Both the position numbers and the translations under genes were made by a program. This document shows positions 39,214 through 53,662 of a stretch of 64,000 nucleotides of DNA, piece by piece. The notes under the pieces are model-generated. The model had not been told where the DNA came from. It was given only the letters and a program-made list of their open reading frames with translations, and ran no database searches. This DNA comes from Octopus vulgaris. Taxonomy: Eukaryota. Each line of letters opens with the position of its first letter. Within the stretch, counting starts at the first letter, position 1. The stretch covers positions 16,864,001 through 16,928,000 of the forward strand of contig OX597833.1 in NCBI GenBank assembly GCA_951406725.2, read 5' to 3'.

Positions 39214-41386
39214 ATACATATATATATATGGATCTATGGATGCACGTATGTATATATGTGTGTGTATATATGTGACTGCTAAATATGTTATTTAACACTT
39301 CATTGTTCATTGATTCTTATTAGAGATCTTTAAAAAAAACAATCAATCATCAGATTCTAAAAACTAGACCGATGTTTCAAGAGAGTGCCATAATTTAAGT
39401 GAATTTGCAGGACCTTACGAATGATTTATTTCATAAATATATTATCATTTCATGAGAATTCATATATATATATATATATATATATATACTTCCGTGTTTT
39501 ATTGTTGGTGCTGTTATTTAGCGCTCTGTCAACTGGATACGTAACAGGTTGTTCATGCTTTTACCGCCGTCTATTTCTGTGATCTGAGAGTTGCCGTCAG
39601 TTACTACTACTCCTACATACTACTGTCGCCTTCAATATCTCATCTAACACTCCTCTTCATTCATACAGTCAACTGTACATATCTTTGCTTCTGCAAATGC
39701 ACATGTCTGTACACATTCATCGTCGTCAATGTAATAACGAGAGATTATACTACTGATGCATCACGCCGATAGACATCTTCGATTACAGATATAAAAAGTT
39801 TCTCTGTACGCTGACGTTATCAGCCAATCGGACACACACACATATATATATATCGCATTACTACACATAAATGCCTTACACTATGAGGAACTCTTAAACT
39901 AAAAACTACCGTAATAAATAATTATTATGATAGCTTTGATTTTAAGGGTCCCTGATAGCGTGAGGCATTTACGTTTAGTAATGTCCTTAATATAAATAAA
40001 TATATTTAAAGGGAATAATTATGACTTTGTTAGAAATTGGCGCGACTGTTACACAAATAGTATCAATCGTAGTAGTAGTGACTGCACAAGCCACAAACAA
40101 ACTACATAAACGAATCAACAAAATCGTCAACCAAAGAATATTTAAATGCGCATATAAACACATATACACACACACATATACATTTATCAAATATATAAAC
40201 GTGTGTGTGCACGTGTGTGTGTTTTGAGCAGTTGGCTGCAGCGTACAAAACATCTGGTTGAAGTGAGTTTTGCTACGTATATCTTCTGCTACGAGAAAGG
40301 CGTGGGTTAGTGCAGTGATAGTATCTGCATGAATCTAGCGCGATCAATATCGATCGCAATAGGAAGTCCGTCAGCCGGTTGTAATGGGGAAAACCTCACT
40401 GATTCATTAACAAACTACAACAACAGAGAAGCGATGGTAGCTTCGTGGCTTCAGGCGATGGTGTCTTGTTGCTGTTAATGATGCTGTGGTGTTTCTCCAC
40501 ATCGTGTCCCTATTGCTAGATGTGGCGGTGGCGGGTCTTTCGCGGTGTTAAAAGCGATTTTAGTGAGGAGAGAGTTTTATAAGCTTATTATGGTTATGGT
40601 GTAGTTTGCTTTTGCCAGTGGTATGACTAGAGTGTGTGCTACTCAGAGTAGTCCTTCAACCTATATAGACTTTTACAGGAGACCTTAAAATGCCGCCCTT
40701 CCATAAAAGCGTTGCTCGAGGTACACCGCATCCTCACCCCTTTTGTAGTTTCAAAGGTGGTGGTCATGGTGTGGATAAATTGGAAGCTGATAAAAAACAT
40801 AGTGTTGTAATAGTTGTTTGGCCCTAGGTCTGCCTTGCCTGAGGACACCTATGACCAAAAACATGATCAGTCACCCTTATACAGTCATTGTGTATCTAGG
40901 AGTACTATATTAATCCTAGACGTTCGGGTATAACACAAGGACGATTTGGCTGCGATTTCGCGCAGATTGTGCGACCACGTAGAGGCACCCTCCTTAACAC
41001 ATGAAAGTTAGAGTCGTTGGTGATGGTCGTTGTGGAGGCCTTCGAAGGAATCTGGCGGGGGATCTATGACGTAATAGCGCAGGCGACAGAGATGACGTGT
41101 CGGTGAGATTCCACTCTATGCTAAAAATACTTTATAGTACGGGGGAGACACTCATCGCTGATACTAAATATAGCAATCGTTCTTCTGACAACAAACAACT
41201 CGAGTCTACCTGCGTGTGTAAGTGTGTTTGCATGTGTGTATGTTCGTGTGTGAGTGTACCTTTGTATGTGCATGAGTATGTGAATGTGGTTGGATGAGTG
41301 TATGTATGTGTATGTGTGTGTATATATGTGCGTTTCAAGTTGGAATCATACTATTTCAAACTATGCATTGATCGAGTTGTGCGTGC

Positions 41387-41431
<45 letters not shown>

Positions 41432-41505
41432 TGTATATGTGTGTGTGTATATGTGTGTATGTGCGTTTCAAGTAGAAATACTATTTCAAAATATGCATTG
41501 ATCGA

Positions 41506-41543
<38 letters not shown>

Positions 41544-41740
41544 GAAAGTTCAAAACCCTTTGGGGAAAATCGATACGGAATATGAAACGAAATGAAAAAG
41601 GAGCGGAACATAGTAAAAGATACAAAATAAAAATAATAAAAAAAGAGAGAGAGAGAGAGAGAATAGAAAACGAAAGAAGGAGAAATATAGGATTGTGGGA
41701 CTATCCTTACGAGGGAGTATATATATCATTAAGATAACTC

Positions 41741-41748
41741 TGACGTCA
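41741..41748. promoter_or_regulatory. Perfect palindromic CRE (TGACGTCA) in RGK intron 1
   Basis: TGACGTCA overlapping E-box CACATG, in a non-repetitive island of intron 1. Confidence 0.35.
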
Positions 41749-41949
41749 CATGGCGAGATAGGGGTCTTTTACATTAAGGTGATATAACAGATAGCAAGGC
41801 TATATTTAGCACAGATAATCGATATTGGGGAATATTCAGCGATTCTCCTATTTCTTTGTGTTCGCTTTACACATTGTACCACATATTCATGAATGAAATA
41901 GTACGTTTCTAATAGCCTCGATTGATTAGTGAACTGGCAAGTGGGTGCT

Positions 41950-41981
<32 letters not shown>

Positions 41982-42289
41982 TGTATGTAGACGTAGGTGC
42001 TTGCATTTAAGTTAATATTTGCATATAATTATACACGCACATGCACAAATTTATGCGTTTTGTTTGCGTGTAAAGAGAGAGAGAGAGAGAGAGAAATAGG
42101 GGCCAGATAGTTTGTTAAGGAAAGGGTCAATGTAGGTGTGAATAGTTCTAAGATGTTTGGGTATAAGAAGGGTTCTTTATATTCTATACACAGGCATTTG
42201 TGTGCAGGGTCTTCTACGCGAAGATGACCACATGTATGAAATGCAACGCGTGTGCATGTGTATATATTTCGCAATATATACATACATAC

Positions 42290-42336
<47 letters not shown>

Positions 42337-42357
42337 CCTAGCAGTCCAGCCCTGCCA

Positions 42358-42412
<55 letters not shown>

Positions 42413-42818
42413 TTTGTGTGTGTAGCTATGTTTATGTATGTATAGCTATGTATTTTTTAGTATATGTATGTGTGCATATGTGTATGTGTGCTTGTATGTA
42501 CGTATGTGTGTGCGTGTGTATATATATATGTGTGTCTTTGTATTACATTTGCAAAATTGATATCTGTGTATAAAAGCAATTGCAGAGATGTTTATACACA
42601 TATTACAACCTAAAGGTGTGCATATATACATACATGTGTGCGTGTGTGTGTTTATTGTTGCATACAAACATGTATAACTAACAGGTAGTCAGAAAGATCA
42701 TTTTTTAATTTTAGTCTTGCATTGTAATATTTTCTTTGTTTTTTTTTTTAAATATTTGCAAAAATTAAAACTATTATAAAATTAATATAAAATAAAATAA
42801 AATAAGGCGAAAGCTCAC

Positions 42819-43449
42819 CTGTATTTTCTACAACTCCCATATATTCTGAAGTCATGAACTGCCTCAGGATAGATGTCTTTCCAACACCGCTGGCTCCAAG
42901 GATAACTTGTCGGAAATATGATGGGGCGGTAGTAGAACTTCCACTGCAACTGTTACTGCCTTGAGAAGAAGCCACGCTCAGAGTTCGTGAACGAGTCCCT
43001 CGGTCTGAGCCACCTCCACACTGTTCATTATGGTCAGTAATGGTGCTTCCACTAGACATGACACTGTTATTGCTTCGTTTTTTGAAGGAATCTCCTCGGT
43101 TCACCAGGCCCTTAGGAGTTTTTGTAAAAGAGCGTACTCTGTAAAGTCCACCAGTCGGTCTGTCTCCGATGTTTTCGCAGGACACCGATAGGTAGATCGG
43201 GTCAGGGTTCGGCATACTGTTGGTGCGTGGTCTGGCACCAAGCATTTCCACTTCTCTGCTGCGGGGTTTATTCCTGAACGAACAAGACCTCGAGTGGGGC
43301 GCGGACACGGCTTCACGGCTTGGGGACATTCTCGCCGACAACAGGTACTCCTTGCACAAACTGTTGTTGCTGTTGTTGCTGCTTGAGCTAGAACAAACAC
43401 TGACTCTTCTGTCACAGCGATGTTGGTCTTCTTGCTTATCTTGAGTCAT
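42819..43449 (-). CDS. RGK-family (Rad/Gem/Rem-like) Ras-related GTPase, coding exon 1 (Ser-rich N-terminal extension plus G1 P-loop)
   Basis: ATG at 43449 (ATT ATG A, A at -3); no upstream ATG for ~270 nt. Encodes MTQDKQ...RPRTNSMP...YFRQVILGASGVGKTSILRQFMTSEY. Ends ACA G|GTGAGC, phase 1 (631 nt). Confidence 0.93.
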
Positions 43450-43704
43450 AATGATAATTTTTAAGAAATTCGTTTCGAATTTACTAACAAGTAAAATGTT
43501 ACTAAAATTTGCAAAAACTTTTAAAGTCACTAAATTCCTTTGGGATTAAATCCGAACAGAAATATGACAAAGTTAAGAGTTGTTAAACTGTGTGTAGGAA
43601 GAGAAATGTAATGTAATGTTTTGCAAACAACCACAAGAAAACGTGTGGCTGATGTTTTGCTGTTTAGTTTGGAGTTTAAGGCTTTAGCACTGCTTCGTAT
43701 GCAG

Positions 43705-43795
43705 TAACTATCGATTCTGGCTGCTTCTTGCGAAAGCTCGCTTTATATACGTGTTGTGTATGGACCGGGCAAGTCACATGATCTTATTACTCACA
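43705..43795 (-). promoter_or_regulatory. Probable core promoter of the RGK gene
   Basis: TATATAAAG at 43749-43741 (minus), ~30 nt upstream of an Inr-like CCAGAAT (~43718). M-box/E-box ATCATGTGAC at 43782-43773. AP-1-like TGAGTAA at 43793-43787. The implied 5'UTR has no ATG. Confidence 0.6.
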
Positions 43796-43851
43796 AGGAA
43801 TATCACCGACCTGAGCTCTAGCCACTCCCGCTTTTTGCTAGGTGAATCTGT

Positions 43852-43852
<1 letters not shown>

Positions 43853-43903
<51 letters not shown>

Positions 43904-44525
43904 TTAAGGATGTTCGAGTGTATTTTTGCGAGTGTTGACGTACGTGCGTGTGTCTGCGAGTATAGGCAGGTGTGTGTGTCTGTGTGTGTCTGTGCGTGTG
44001 TGTCTGTGTGTGTGTATGTGTGTGTGAGTATATGTGTGTATGTGTGTGTGTGTACGTGTGTGCGCGTGTGTATGTGTGTGTGAGTGTATGTGCGTGTGAG
44101 TGTATGTGTGTGAGAGTGTCTGTGTGTCTGTGCGTGTGTGTCTGTGTGTATGTGTGTGTGAGTGTATGTGTGTGTGAGTGTATGTGTGTGTGAGTGTATG
44201 TGTACGTGTGTGCGCGTGTGTATGTGTGTGTGTGTGATTCAGGATGTCGAAGTGCATTTGTGTGTGCGTTTACGTACGTGCGTGTGTCTGCGAGTATAGG
44301 CAGGTGTGTGTGTCTGTATATATGTGTGTACGTGTGTGTGAGTGTGTGTACGTGTGTGCGTGTGCGCGAGCGAGTGTGTGTGTATGTGTGTGTGATTAAG
44401 GATGCTGTAGTGCACTTGGGTGTGCGGTTGACGTACGTGCGTGTGTATGTGTATGCGCGTGCGTGTGTCTGCGAGTATACGCAGGCGTGTGTGTGTATAT
44501 ATGTGTGTGAGCGTGTGTACGTACA

Positions 44526-44556
<31 letters not shown>

Positions 44557-45012
44557 GTGTGTGTGTGTACGTGTCTAGGTGTACACCTGTGTATAGTTTG
44601 TGTTGTGCACTTATACGTGAGGGAAGGCAAGGGAGGTGGGTGAAGAGGTAGGTCTGTGAGAGGAAGGAAGAGGAATTGATTAAAGTGAGGAGGTAGACGT
44701 GAAAAAGAACAAAGGGAGGAAAGGGGGGAGGATAGAGGAAGAAGGGGAGGGAGAACAGTTATGGGAAGAGGGAAGATGAAATGAAGGAAGAAGTAATTAA
44801 ATGTAACAAGGAAGAGAAAAAGGATGAGAAGGAAAGAGAGGGAGAGAGGGAGAGAGGGGGATAGGTGACGGATCGTTGTTGTGTATGATGTAACATTAGA
44901 GTACAGAGACATCATGGAGGTAGAGAGGGGATGGAGGAGGAGGAAAGGGGGGTTTGAAGGGTGAGAGAAAGGTCGAGTACGAGTGAGAGGTAGATAGATA
45001 GATAAATAGATT

Positions 45013-45070
<58 letters not shown>

Positions 45071-45096
45071 CAGATAGATAGATAGACAGACAGACG

Positions 45097-45136
<40 letters not shown>

Positions 45137-45139
45137 GGC

Positions 45140-45174
<35 letters not shown>

Positions 45175-45914
45175 GAGAGAGATAGAAAGAGAGAGAGAGA
45201 GAGAGATAGACAGACAGACAGACAGACAGATAGATAGACAGACAGACAGACGGACGGACAGACAGACAGACAAACAGAGAGACAGACAGACAGACAGACA
45301 GACATACAGACAGACAGAGTGAAAGAGTGAAAGAGTGATACAGGTGAGACGTGGAAATGGGGAGATGGAGATGGAGTTTTATTAAAATAAACGTTTATTT
45401 AGATTTTTCTTGTTACTGCTGTCTGTGTGTTCGGGTGTGTCTGTGTGTTCTGCGTACGTATGTGTGCGTGTATCTACCGTTTGTGTGTGCGCATGTGTGT
45501 CTGCTGTACGTGTGTGCTGTGTGTCTGTGTCTGTATTTATTTTTCAATGTGTATGTTTATATTAAATGAGTGTGTGTATGTGCCATTACTACAATGATGT
45601 GTGTGTGTCTGTGTGTTTGTATTACATGGCGGCTTATGTATATATATGTGTGTATATAAGTGTGTTTATTTGCTGTATGTGTTTATATGTTTATATATAC
45701 ATGTGCGTGTGTGTTTGTGTATGAGTGCTCGCGCGTGTGTATGTGTGTATATGAGTGTGTGTGTGTGTGTGTACGTGCATTTGTCTGTTAGTATATTTGT
45801 TCATGTGTATCTCTTTCTCTGTGTGTGTGTGTGTGTGTTCCCAATATTTTTTTTTGTAATTAAATAACCTATTAAGAGAAAGAGACTAAGAAAGCTGGGG
45901 AAGACAACAGCAAC

Positions 45915-45998
<84 letters not shown>

Positions 45999-46503
45999 GG
46001 CAATATTGTACATGATGGTGATGGCGATGGTTGTGATTATGATGATGATGATGGTGGTGGTGTTGGTAATGATGATGATGGTGATGATGATGGTGGTGAT
46101 GGTGAAGGCGATGATGGTTTGCTATTACTGAAGGGGCTCTTGTTGTTCTCGGCGTAGTAGTGATGGTGGTGGTGGTGGTGGTGGTGGTGGTGGTGGTGGT
46201 GGTGGTGGTGGTGGTGATGATGATGATGATGGCGATGATGGAGGTAGTGCTGGTGGTTGGCTGTGATTGTGGTTGTGGTTGCGGTGATGGAGTTCGTGTT
46301 GTTTTTTGTTGTTTTTTGGCGATGATGATGATGATGACAATGATGATGACGATGATAATTTTGTTATTGTTATTGGTGATGTTGATGGTGTTGACGATGA
46401 CGACGACGATGATGATGATGATGATGATGACGACAACGACGACGACGATGGTTGTAGAGGTGGTGGTGGTGGTGGTGGTGTTGATGTTGAAGAATAATAA
46501 TAA

Positions 46504-46534
<31 letters not shown>

Positions 46535-46563
46535 AAGAAGAAGCAGAAGAAGAAGAAGAAGAA

Positions 46564-46595
<32 letters not shown>

Positions 46596-47465
46596 AGAAG
46601 AAAAAGGAGAAGAAGAAGCAGAAGAAGAAGAAGAAGAAGAAGAAGAAGAAAGAGAAAGAGAAAGAGAAGATGAATGTTTTTCTTTCAATAATTTCTATAT
46701 TTTATTTTATTTTATTTTATTGTTTTTTTGTTGTTGTTTTTTTGTTGTACTTTTTTCCGTGGAAGTGGGTGGAGTCTTAGTGCAAGGATAGAGGGCAGGG
46801 ACAAACCTAACTAACGTTACTACAGTCGATGATGATGATGATGATGATGCTTTTACACGTAAAATGATAGTAAAACCAGGTAAAAGAAGCTGACTGTTTC
46901 TCTCGCTCCCCTAGCAGACACACAGACAGACGGACAGACGGACGGACGGACAGACGGACGGACGGACAGACGGACAGAGAGGCTGATGCAAGGTTCACCA
47001 GCCTGCTTTGCTGCCTGTAGCTTCCGTGATTGTGCTACTGGTGGTGGTGGTGGTGGTGGTGGTGGTAGTGGTGGTGGTGGTGGTGGTGGTGGTTGTGGTG
47101 GTGGTGGTGGTGGCGGTGGTGGTGGTGTGAATGATGACGATGACGATGAGGATGACGATGATGGCCATGACTACGACAACGACGATGATGATGATGATGA
47201 TGACGTCGGTGATGCAGGAGTTGGTGATGGTAACGGTGGTGATGATGATGATGATGGTAGTGATGACAAACGAATAGCGATGACGATGACGATGACGATA
47301 AGGAGGACGACGACGGCGGAAATGCTAGTGATAAAGGCGACAGCAATGACGACGATGACGATGATGATGATGATGATGATGACGATGATGATGACGATGA
47401 TGATGACGGTGATGATGACGGCGATGATGACGACGACGACGATGATGATGATGATGATGATGATA

Positions 47466-47562
<97 letters not shown>

Positions 47563-48350
47563 GGATGGTGAGCATGATGATGAGTGAGTTAATACTGATA
47601 AGCATTTCGTTAAGAGCTAAACTAAAAGCAGGGATTTTCGGACAACTGTTGTTGCACACACACAGACACACACGCACTCACACATATGCACACAAACACA
47701 GACACGCAGACATTCACTCAACACACGCACACATACGTGCACACACACACACTGACACGCGCACACATACACATACTCATGCACACACTCACGCGGATGC
47801 AAATACATTCTTTCCTTTTATTTACACACCCGCAGTTGCGACTACACACACTCAAGCATACCCTGATATTCGTTGAAGCACACACACACGCACGCACACA
47901 CGCACACACACACGCACACACACACACAAACACAAACACACACTCATGGGCACACACATACGCGCGCACACACAAACACAAACACAGACGCACACACGCA
48001 CACACAAACACACAAACGCACAGACACACACGCGCACAAGGGCGCACGCGCACACAAGCGCACACACACGCATATGCACACACACACGCACACACACACA
48101 CTCATGCGCACACACATACACACAAGCACACACACACATCTTCACACACATACGTGTACACACACACACGCACACACGCGCACGCACACACGTACGCACA
48201 CACACACGCACGAACACATACACGCACACACACGCATACACATGCACACACACTCATACGCACACACATACACACACGCACACACATACACACACGCACA
48301 CATGAGTACACATGCACACATACACATCTTCACACACGCACGTACATACA
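43853..48350. repeat. Compound low-complexity block upstream of the RGK promoter: (TG)n, polypurine, (GATA)n/(GACA)n, (CAA/TAA/GAT/GGT/GAA)n, (CA)n
   Basis: Directly visible. Confidence 0.9.
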
Positions 48351-48351
48351 A

Positions 48352-48577
48352 ATACAAGGGTATACTGAAACGCTTCTCTCATTACGGGTAACACGAAAGG
48401 CGTGGCTGGAGGCCCAACCTTCCGAGTACTTTTGCAGGACTTAGAAAAACTGAAGGACCAGTGGCAATACGTGATGAATCTGTGAGGGGGGAACATGTTG
48501 TATGAAATCATAATTAACAGATCCTCCAGTATTTTTTATTAGCCAAAGACAAAGAACTTTTCTGCACCATTTCGTAC
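48352..48577 (+). mobile_element. Mariner-derived MITE or 3' fragment
   Basis: TA-flanked degenerate inverted ends; peptide KAWLEAQPSEYF...KLKDQWQYV resembles a mariner C-terminus. Confidence 0.55.
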
Positions 48578-48695
48578 ACCTACCCACACACCCATACACT
48601 CGCATATACTAAGTGTCTGTCACTCACACACAGACACACACAGATATATACACATGTATATATATATATTCACATATATACATATGTATGTATAT

Positions 48696-48832
<137 letters not shown>

Positions 48833-48854
48833 TGTATATGTATGTATATATATA

Positions 48855-48958
<104 letters not shown>

Positions 48959-49487
48959 TATATATATTCATTTATATTCTTTATTCTTTTATTCTTTTCT
49001 TGTTTCAGTCATTTTCCGACCACGCTGGAGCACTGCCTTTGGTCGAGCAAATCAGCCCCCCCTCCCCCACACACACACACCAGGACTTATTCTTTATAGA
49101 CTTAGTACTTATACTATCGGACTCTTTTGCCGAACGGCTAAGTTACGGGGACACAAACACACCGACATCGGTTGCCAAGCGATGGTGGTGGTGGACAAAC
49201 ACAGACTCATACATATATATATACATATACAACGGTCTTCTTTCAGTTTCCGTTCACCAAATCCACTCAGAAGGCTTTGTTCGGCCCGAAGCTATAGTAG
49301 AAGACACTTGCCCAAGGTGACGCACAGTGGGACTGAACCCGGAACCATGAGGTTGGAAAGCAACCTTCTTACCACACAGCCACTTCTGTGTGGACTCACA
49401 GGCATGGCAGCGCGGTTAAGAACTTGGCTTTGCCACCACGTGGTTTCGAGTTCTATTCCGCTGCATAGCACCTTCTAAGTGAATTTG

Positions 49488-49534
<47 letters not shown>

Positions 49535-49624
49535 TACACATATACATATATATATATATAAATATATATAAAACATACAACATACATACATGCATATATA
49601 TACATATATATACATATATGTATG

Positions 49625-49658
<34 letters not shown>

Positions 49659-50734
49659 TGTATGTATGTATGTATGTATGTATGTATATATATATATATA
49701 TATATGCACACAAATACATGCATATATATACATGCATATATATATATACATACATGTATATATACATACATATACCTATATATACATACATATATAGATA
49801 CATGTATATATATATATACGTACCTATGTATATGTATGTATGTATTTATACACACACACATATATATATATAGATATATACATATATATATGTATATGTG
49901 TAAGTAAGTATATATATATATACACACACATGTGAGTGTTTGAATCAACACAAGTTCCTGTTTTCTTTTAAGACTGTTGTTTATTCCTATCGGTTGTTAA
50001 GCCACTAAGGTACGGGGACGTAAACAAACCAACACACAAGAGGTGGTAAGAGAAATACAAACACACACACACACATACAGGCATGTGTTTTTATGTGTGT
50101 AAGTGTGTGTGTGTGCTTGTATGTCTATGTTTCTATGTGTGTGTGTTTGTGTGCTTATGTGTGTGTGTGTGTGTGTGTTTTTGTGTTTGTGTTTGTGTGT
50201 GTGTTCATCACATCTTCGTTCTGTGTGTATACATATATTATTTTCAGTTCTGTCTGTCTGTCCGCTTATCTGTCTGTCTGTATGTCTGTTTGTATGTGTG
50301 TATGTGTTTATATGTAAGAGAGAAAGATAGAGACTTTGAGCGCGTGTGTGTATGTGTATAAGAGAGACTTTGTATGTATGTGTGAGTGTGCGAATGTGCG
50401 TGTGTTTTTTCTCAGTGTATGTATATATGTATACATATATGTGTGTGTGTGTGTGTGTGTTTGTATATATATACATATGTGTGTGTGTGTGTGTGTGTGT
50501 CTGTGTGTGTGCGTGTGTTTGTGAAAGAGAGAGATGTAGTATATGTGAATGTTTTTGAGTGTATCCATGTGTGAGTAGGTGCATTTGTGCATGCCTGACC
50601 GTGTGTTCGTGTTTGCGAGTGCGCGTATGCGAGCGTGTGTATGTGCGTATACGTATGTGTGTCTGTATAATTGCTGGTACGCGAAGGTTTATGAGTATGC
50701 GTGTTTGTGTGTGTTTGTGTCACCCCGCGCGATT

Positions 50735-51560
50735 GTGCATGTGTGTATGTGTGCATGTGTGTATGTGTGCATGTGTGTATGTGTGTATGTGTGTATGTGT
50801 GCATGTGTGTATGTGTGCATGTGTGTATGTGTGCATATGTGCATGTGTGTATGTGTGTATATGTGTATGTGTGTATGTGTGCATGTGTGTATGTGTGCAT
50901 GTGTGTATGTGTGCATGTGTGTATGTGTGCATGTGTGTATGTGTGCATGTGTGTATGTGTGCATGTGTGTATGTGTGCATGTATGTACGTGTGCATGTGT
51001 GTACATGTACAGGTGTGTATGTGTGCCTGTGTGTATGTGCGCATGCGTGTATGTGTGCATGTGTGTATGTGTGCATATGTGCATGTGTGTATGAGTACAT
51101 GTGTGTATGTGTGCATGCGTGTATGTGTGCATATGTGTACGTGTGCATGTGTGTACGTGTGCAGGTGTGTATGTGTGTATGTGTGCATATGTGTATGTGT
51201 GCATATGTGTATGTGTGCATGTGTGTATGTGTGCATGTGTGTAAGTGTGCATATGTGTATGTGTGCATGTGTGTATGTGTACATGTGTGTATGTGTGCAT
51301 GTGTGTATGTGTGCATGTGTGTATGTGTGCATGTGTGTATGTGTGCATGTGTGTATGTGTGCAGGTATGTATGTGTGCATGTGTGTATGTGTGCATGTGT
51401 GTATGTGTGCATGTGTGTACGTGTGCATGTGTGTATGTGTGCATGTGTGTATGTGTGCATGTGTGTATGTGTGCATGTGTGTACGTGTGCATGTGTGTAT
51501 GTGTGCATGTGTGTATGTGTGCATGTGTGTATGTGTGCATATGTGTATGTGTGCATGTGT
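50735..51560. repeat. Higher-order microsatellite with 16-bp unit ATGTGTGC-ATGTGTGT
   Basis: Alternating 8-mers over ~800 bp. Confidence 0.9.
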
Positions 51561-51697
51561 GTGTGTGTGTCTGTGTCTGCGTCTGCGTCTATGTGTGTAT
51601 CTTGACTGTGTGTACGCCCCCAAAAAATTTCCTGATTTCTTTTGTATATTCTGACTATAGCTTCCATACTATTGAAGCTATAGTGAAAATATAGAAG

Positions 51698-52022
51698 CAG
51701 GGGTTCCCAACCACTTTTAATCTATGGGCCCCTTTTTATTCTGCTGGATCCCTATAACCATCCGATGTTTAAAAACTAGTTTTACTCTTTTACTCTCTTA
51801 CTTGTTTCAGACGTTTGATAGCGGCCATGCTGGAGTACCGCCTTTAGTCGAGCAAATTGACCCCAGGAATTATTCTTTGTAGGCCTAATACTTATTCTAT
51901 CGGTCTCTTTTGCCGAACCGCTAAGTTACGGGAACGTAAACACACCAGCATCGGTTGTCAAGCGATATTGGGGTGACAAACACAGACATACAAACACACA
52001 CACATGCATATATATACATATA

Positions 52023-52081
<59 letters not shown>

Positions 52082-52913
52082 GACGGACTTCTTTCAGTTT
52101 CTGTCTACCAAAATTCACTCACAAGGCTTTGGTCGGCCCGAGGCTATAGTAGAAGACACTTGCCCAAGGTGCCACGCGGTGGGACTGAACCCGGAACCAT
52201 GTGCTTGGTAAGCAAGCTACTTACCACACAGCCACTCCTGCGCGTTTATTTATTCATTTATTTATTTTATAGAAACTTCTTTCAAAATTCCTATTTTGTT
52301 TTACAAACATTAGTAATAGGAGCACTCTGTCGGCTACGACGATGAGGGTCCCAGCTGATACGATCAACGGAACAGCCTGCTCGTGGAATTAACGTGCAAG
52401 TGGCTGAGCACTCCACAGACACGTGTACCCTTAACGTAGTTCTCGAGGAGATTCAGCGTGACACAGAGTATGGCAAGGCTGGCCCTTTGAAATACAGGTA
52501 CAACAGAAACAGGAAGAAAGAGTGAGAGAAAGTTGTGGTGAAAGAGTACAGCAGGGTTCACCACGACCCCCTGCAGGAGCCTCGTGAAGCTTTAGATGTT
52601 TTCGCTCAATAAACACTGACAATGCCCGGTCTGGGAATCGAAACCGCGATCCTACGACCGCGAGTCCGCTGCCCTAACCACTGAGCCATTGCGCCTCCAC
52701 TTTACAAACATTAACTTGTGTTGGTTTAACTATGTAAAATGTTAGAGAAAGAAACCCAGCTATTTCTTGCAATAAATACGTCTAAAGCAAAATGCTTTCA
52801 CTGACCCTTAAAATACTACTGAGCATCTCCAATGTACTATCTTGTTGCGTGGATCCCTAAACATCTTATAAGGACACTGAGGGGCGATACGGACCCCGGT
52901 TTGAGAACCACTG
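51698..52913. mobile_element. hAT/Charlie-like MITE carrying two nested SINEs
   Basis: Ends CAGGGGTTCCCAACC and GGTTTGAGAACCACTG; TSD not preserved. Confidence 0.5.
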
Positions 52914-53196
52914 TCCTATAGTCTTGACAGCCATATGAGTGTGTGTGTGTAACTGTGTCTGTGTGTATGTCCTGTGCGCGTGTATATCCTGTATGTGTGT
53001 GTTTAGCTGTCAAGCTTATATAGGTTATAGCACAAATATAATAGTGCAACACAAAGAAAATTAATTAAGCACATAATAAATAAAAGGATAATAAAAATAT
53101 AGTTAGAAATAAACAAAATAAATAAATAAATAAATCGCATATGCATTAAAATAAAAATATACGTATGCATACATAGATATACTCGAATATACACAT

Positions 53197-53353
53197 AGGA
53201 GTGGGTGTGTGGTAAGTAACTTGCTTACGAACTACATGGTTCTGGGTTCATTCCCACTGCGTAGCACCTTGGGCAAGTGTCTTCTACTATAGCCTCGGGC
53301 CATCCAAAGCCTTGTGAGTGGATTTGATTGACGGAAACTGAAAGAAGCCCATC

Positions 53354-53451
<98 letters not shown>

Positions 53452-53662
53452 ATGTTTGTGTGTCTGTGTTTGTCCCCAACATCGCTTAACAACCGATTCT
53501 GGTGTGTTTACGTCCCCGTAACGTAGCAGTTCGGCAAAAGAGACCGATAGAATAAGTACTAGGCTTACATAGATTAAGTCCTGGAGTCGATTTGCTCGAC
53601 TAAAGGCAGTGCTCCAGCATGGCCGCAGTCAAATGACTGAAACAAGTAAAAGAGTAAAAGAG
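53197..53662 (+). mobile_element. Full-length SINE family C
   Basis: Head, core, internal (TA)n(TG)n and GTAAAAGA-repeat tail all present. Confidence 0.85.

Noticed and set aside
43450-43530. N-terminal extension of RGK exon 1 in the ORF track
   Set aside because: Starts at GTG; the first ATG, in good context, is at 43449.
43818-48444. Long His/Thr, Cys/Val, poly-Met, poly-Lys and poly-Pro ORFs
   Set aside because: Stop-free frames of di- and trinucleotide repeats, open in several frames at once.
50412-51667. 300-400 aa HTCTHTHM-repeat ORFs
   Set aside because: Produced by the 16-bp minisatellite and open on both strands.
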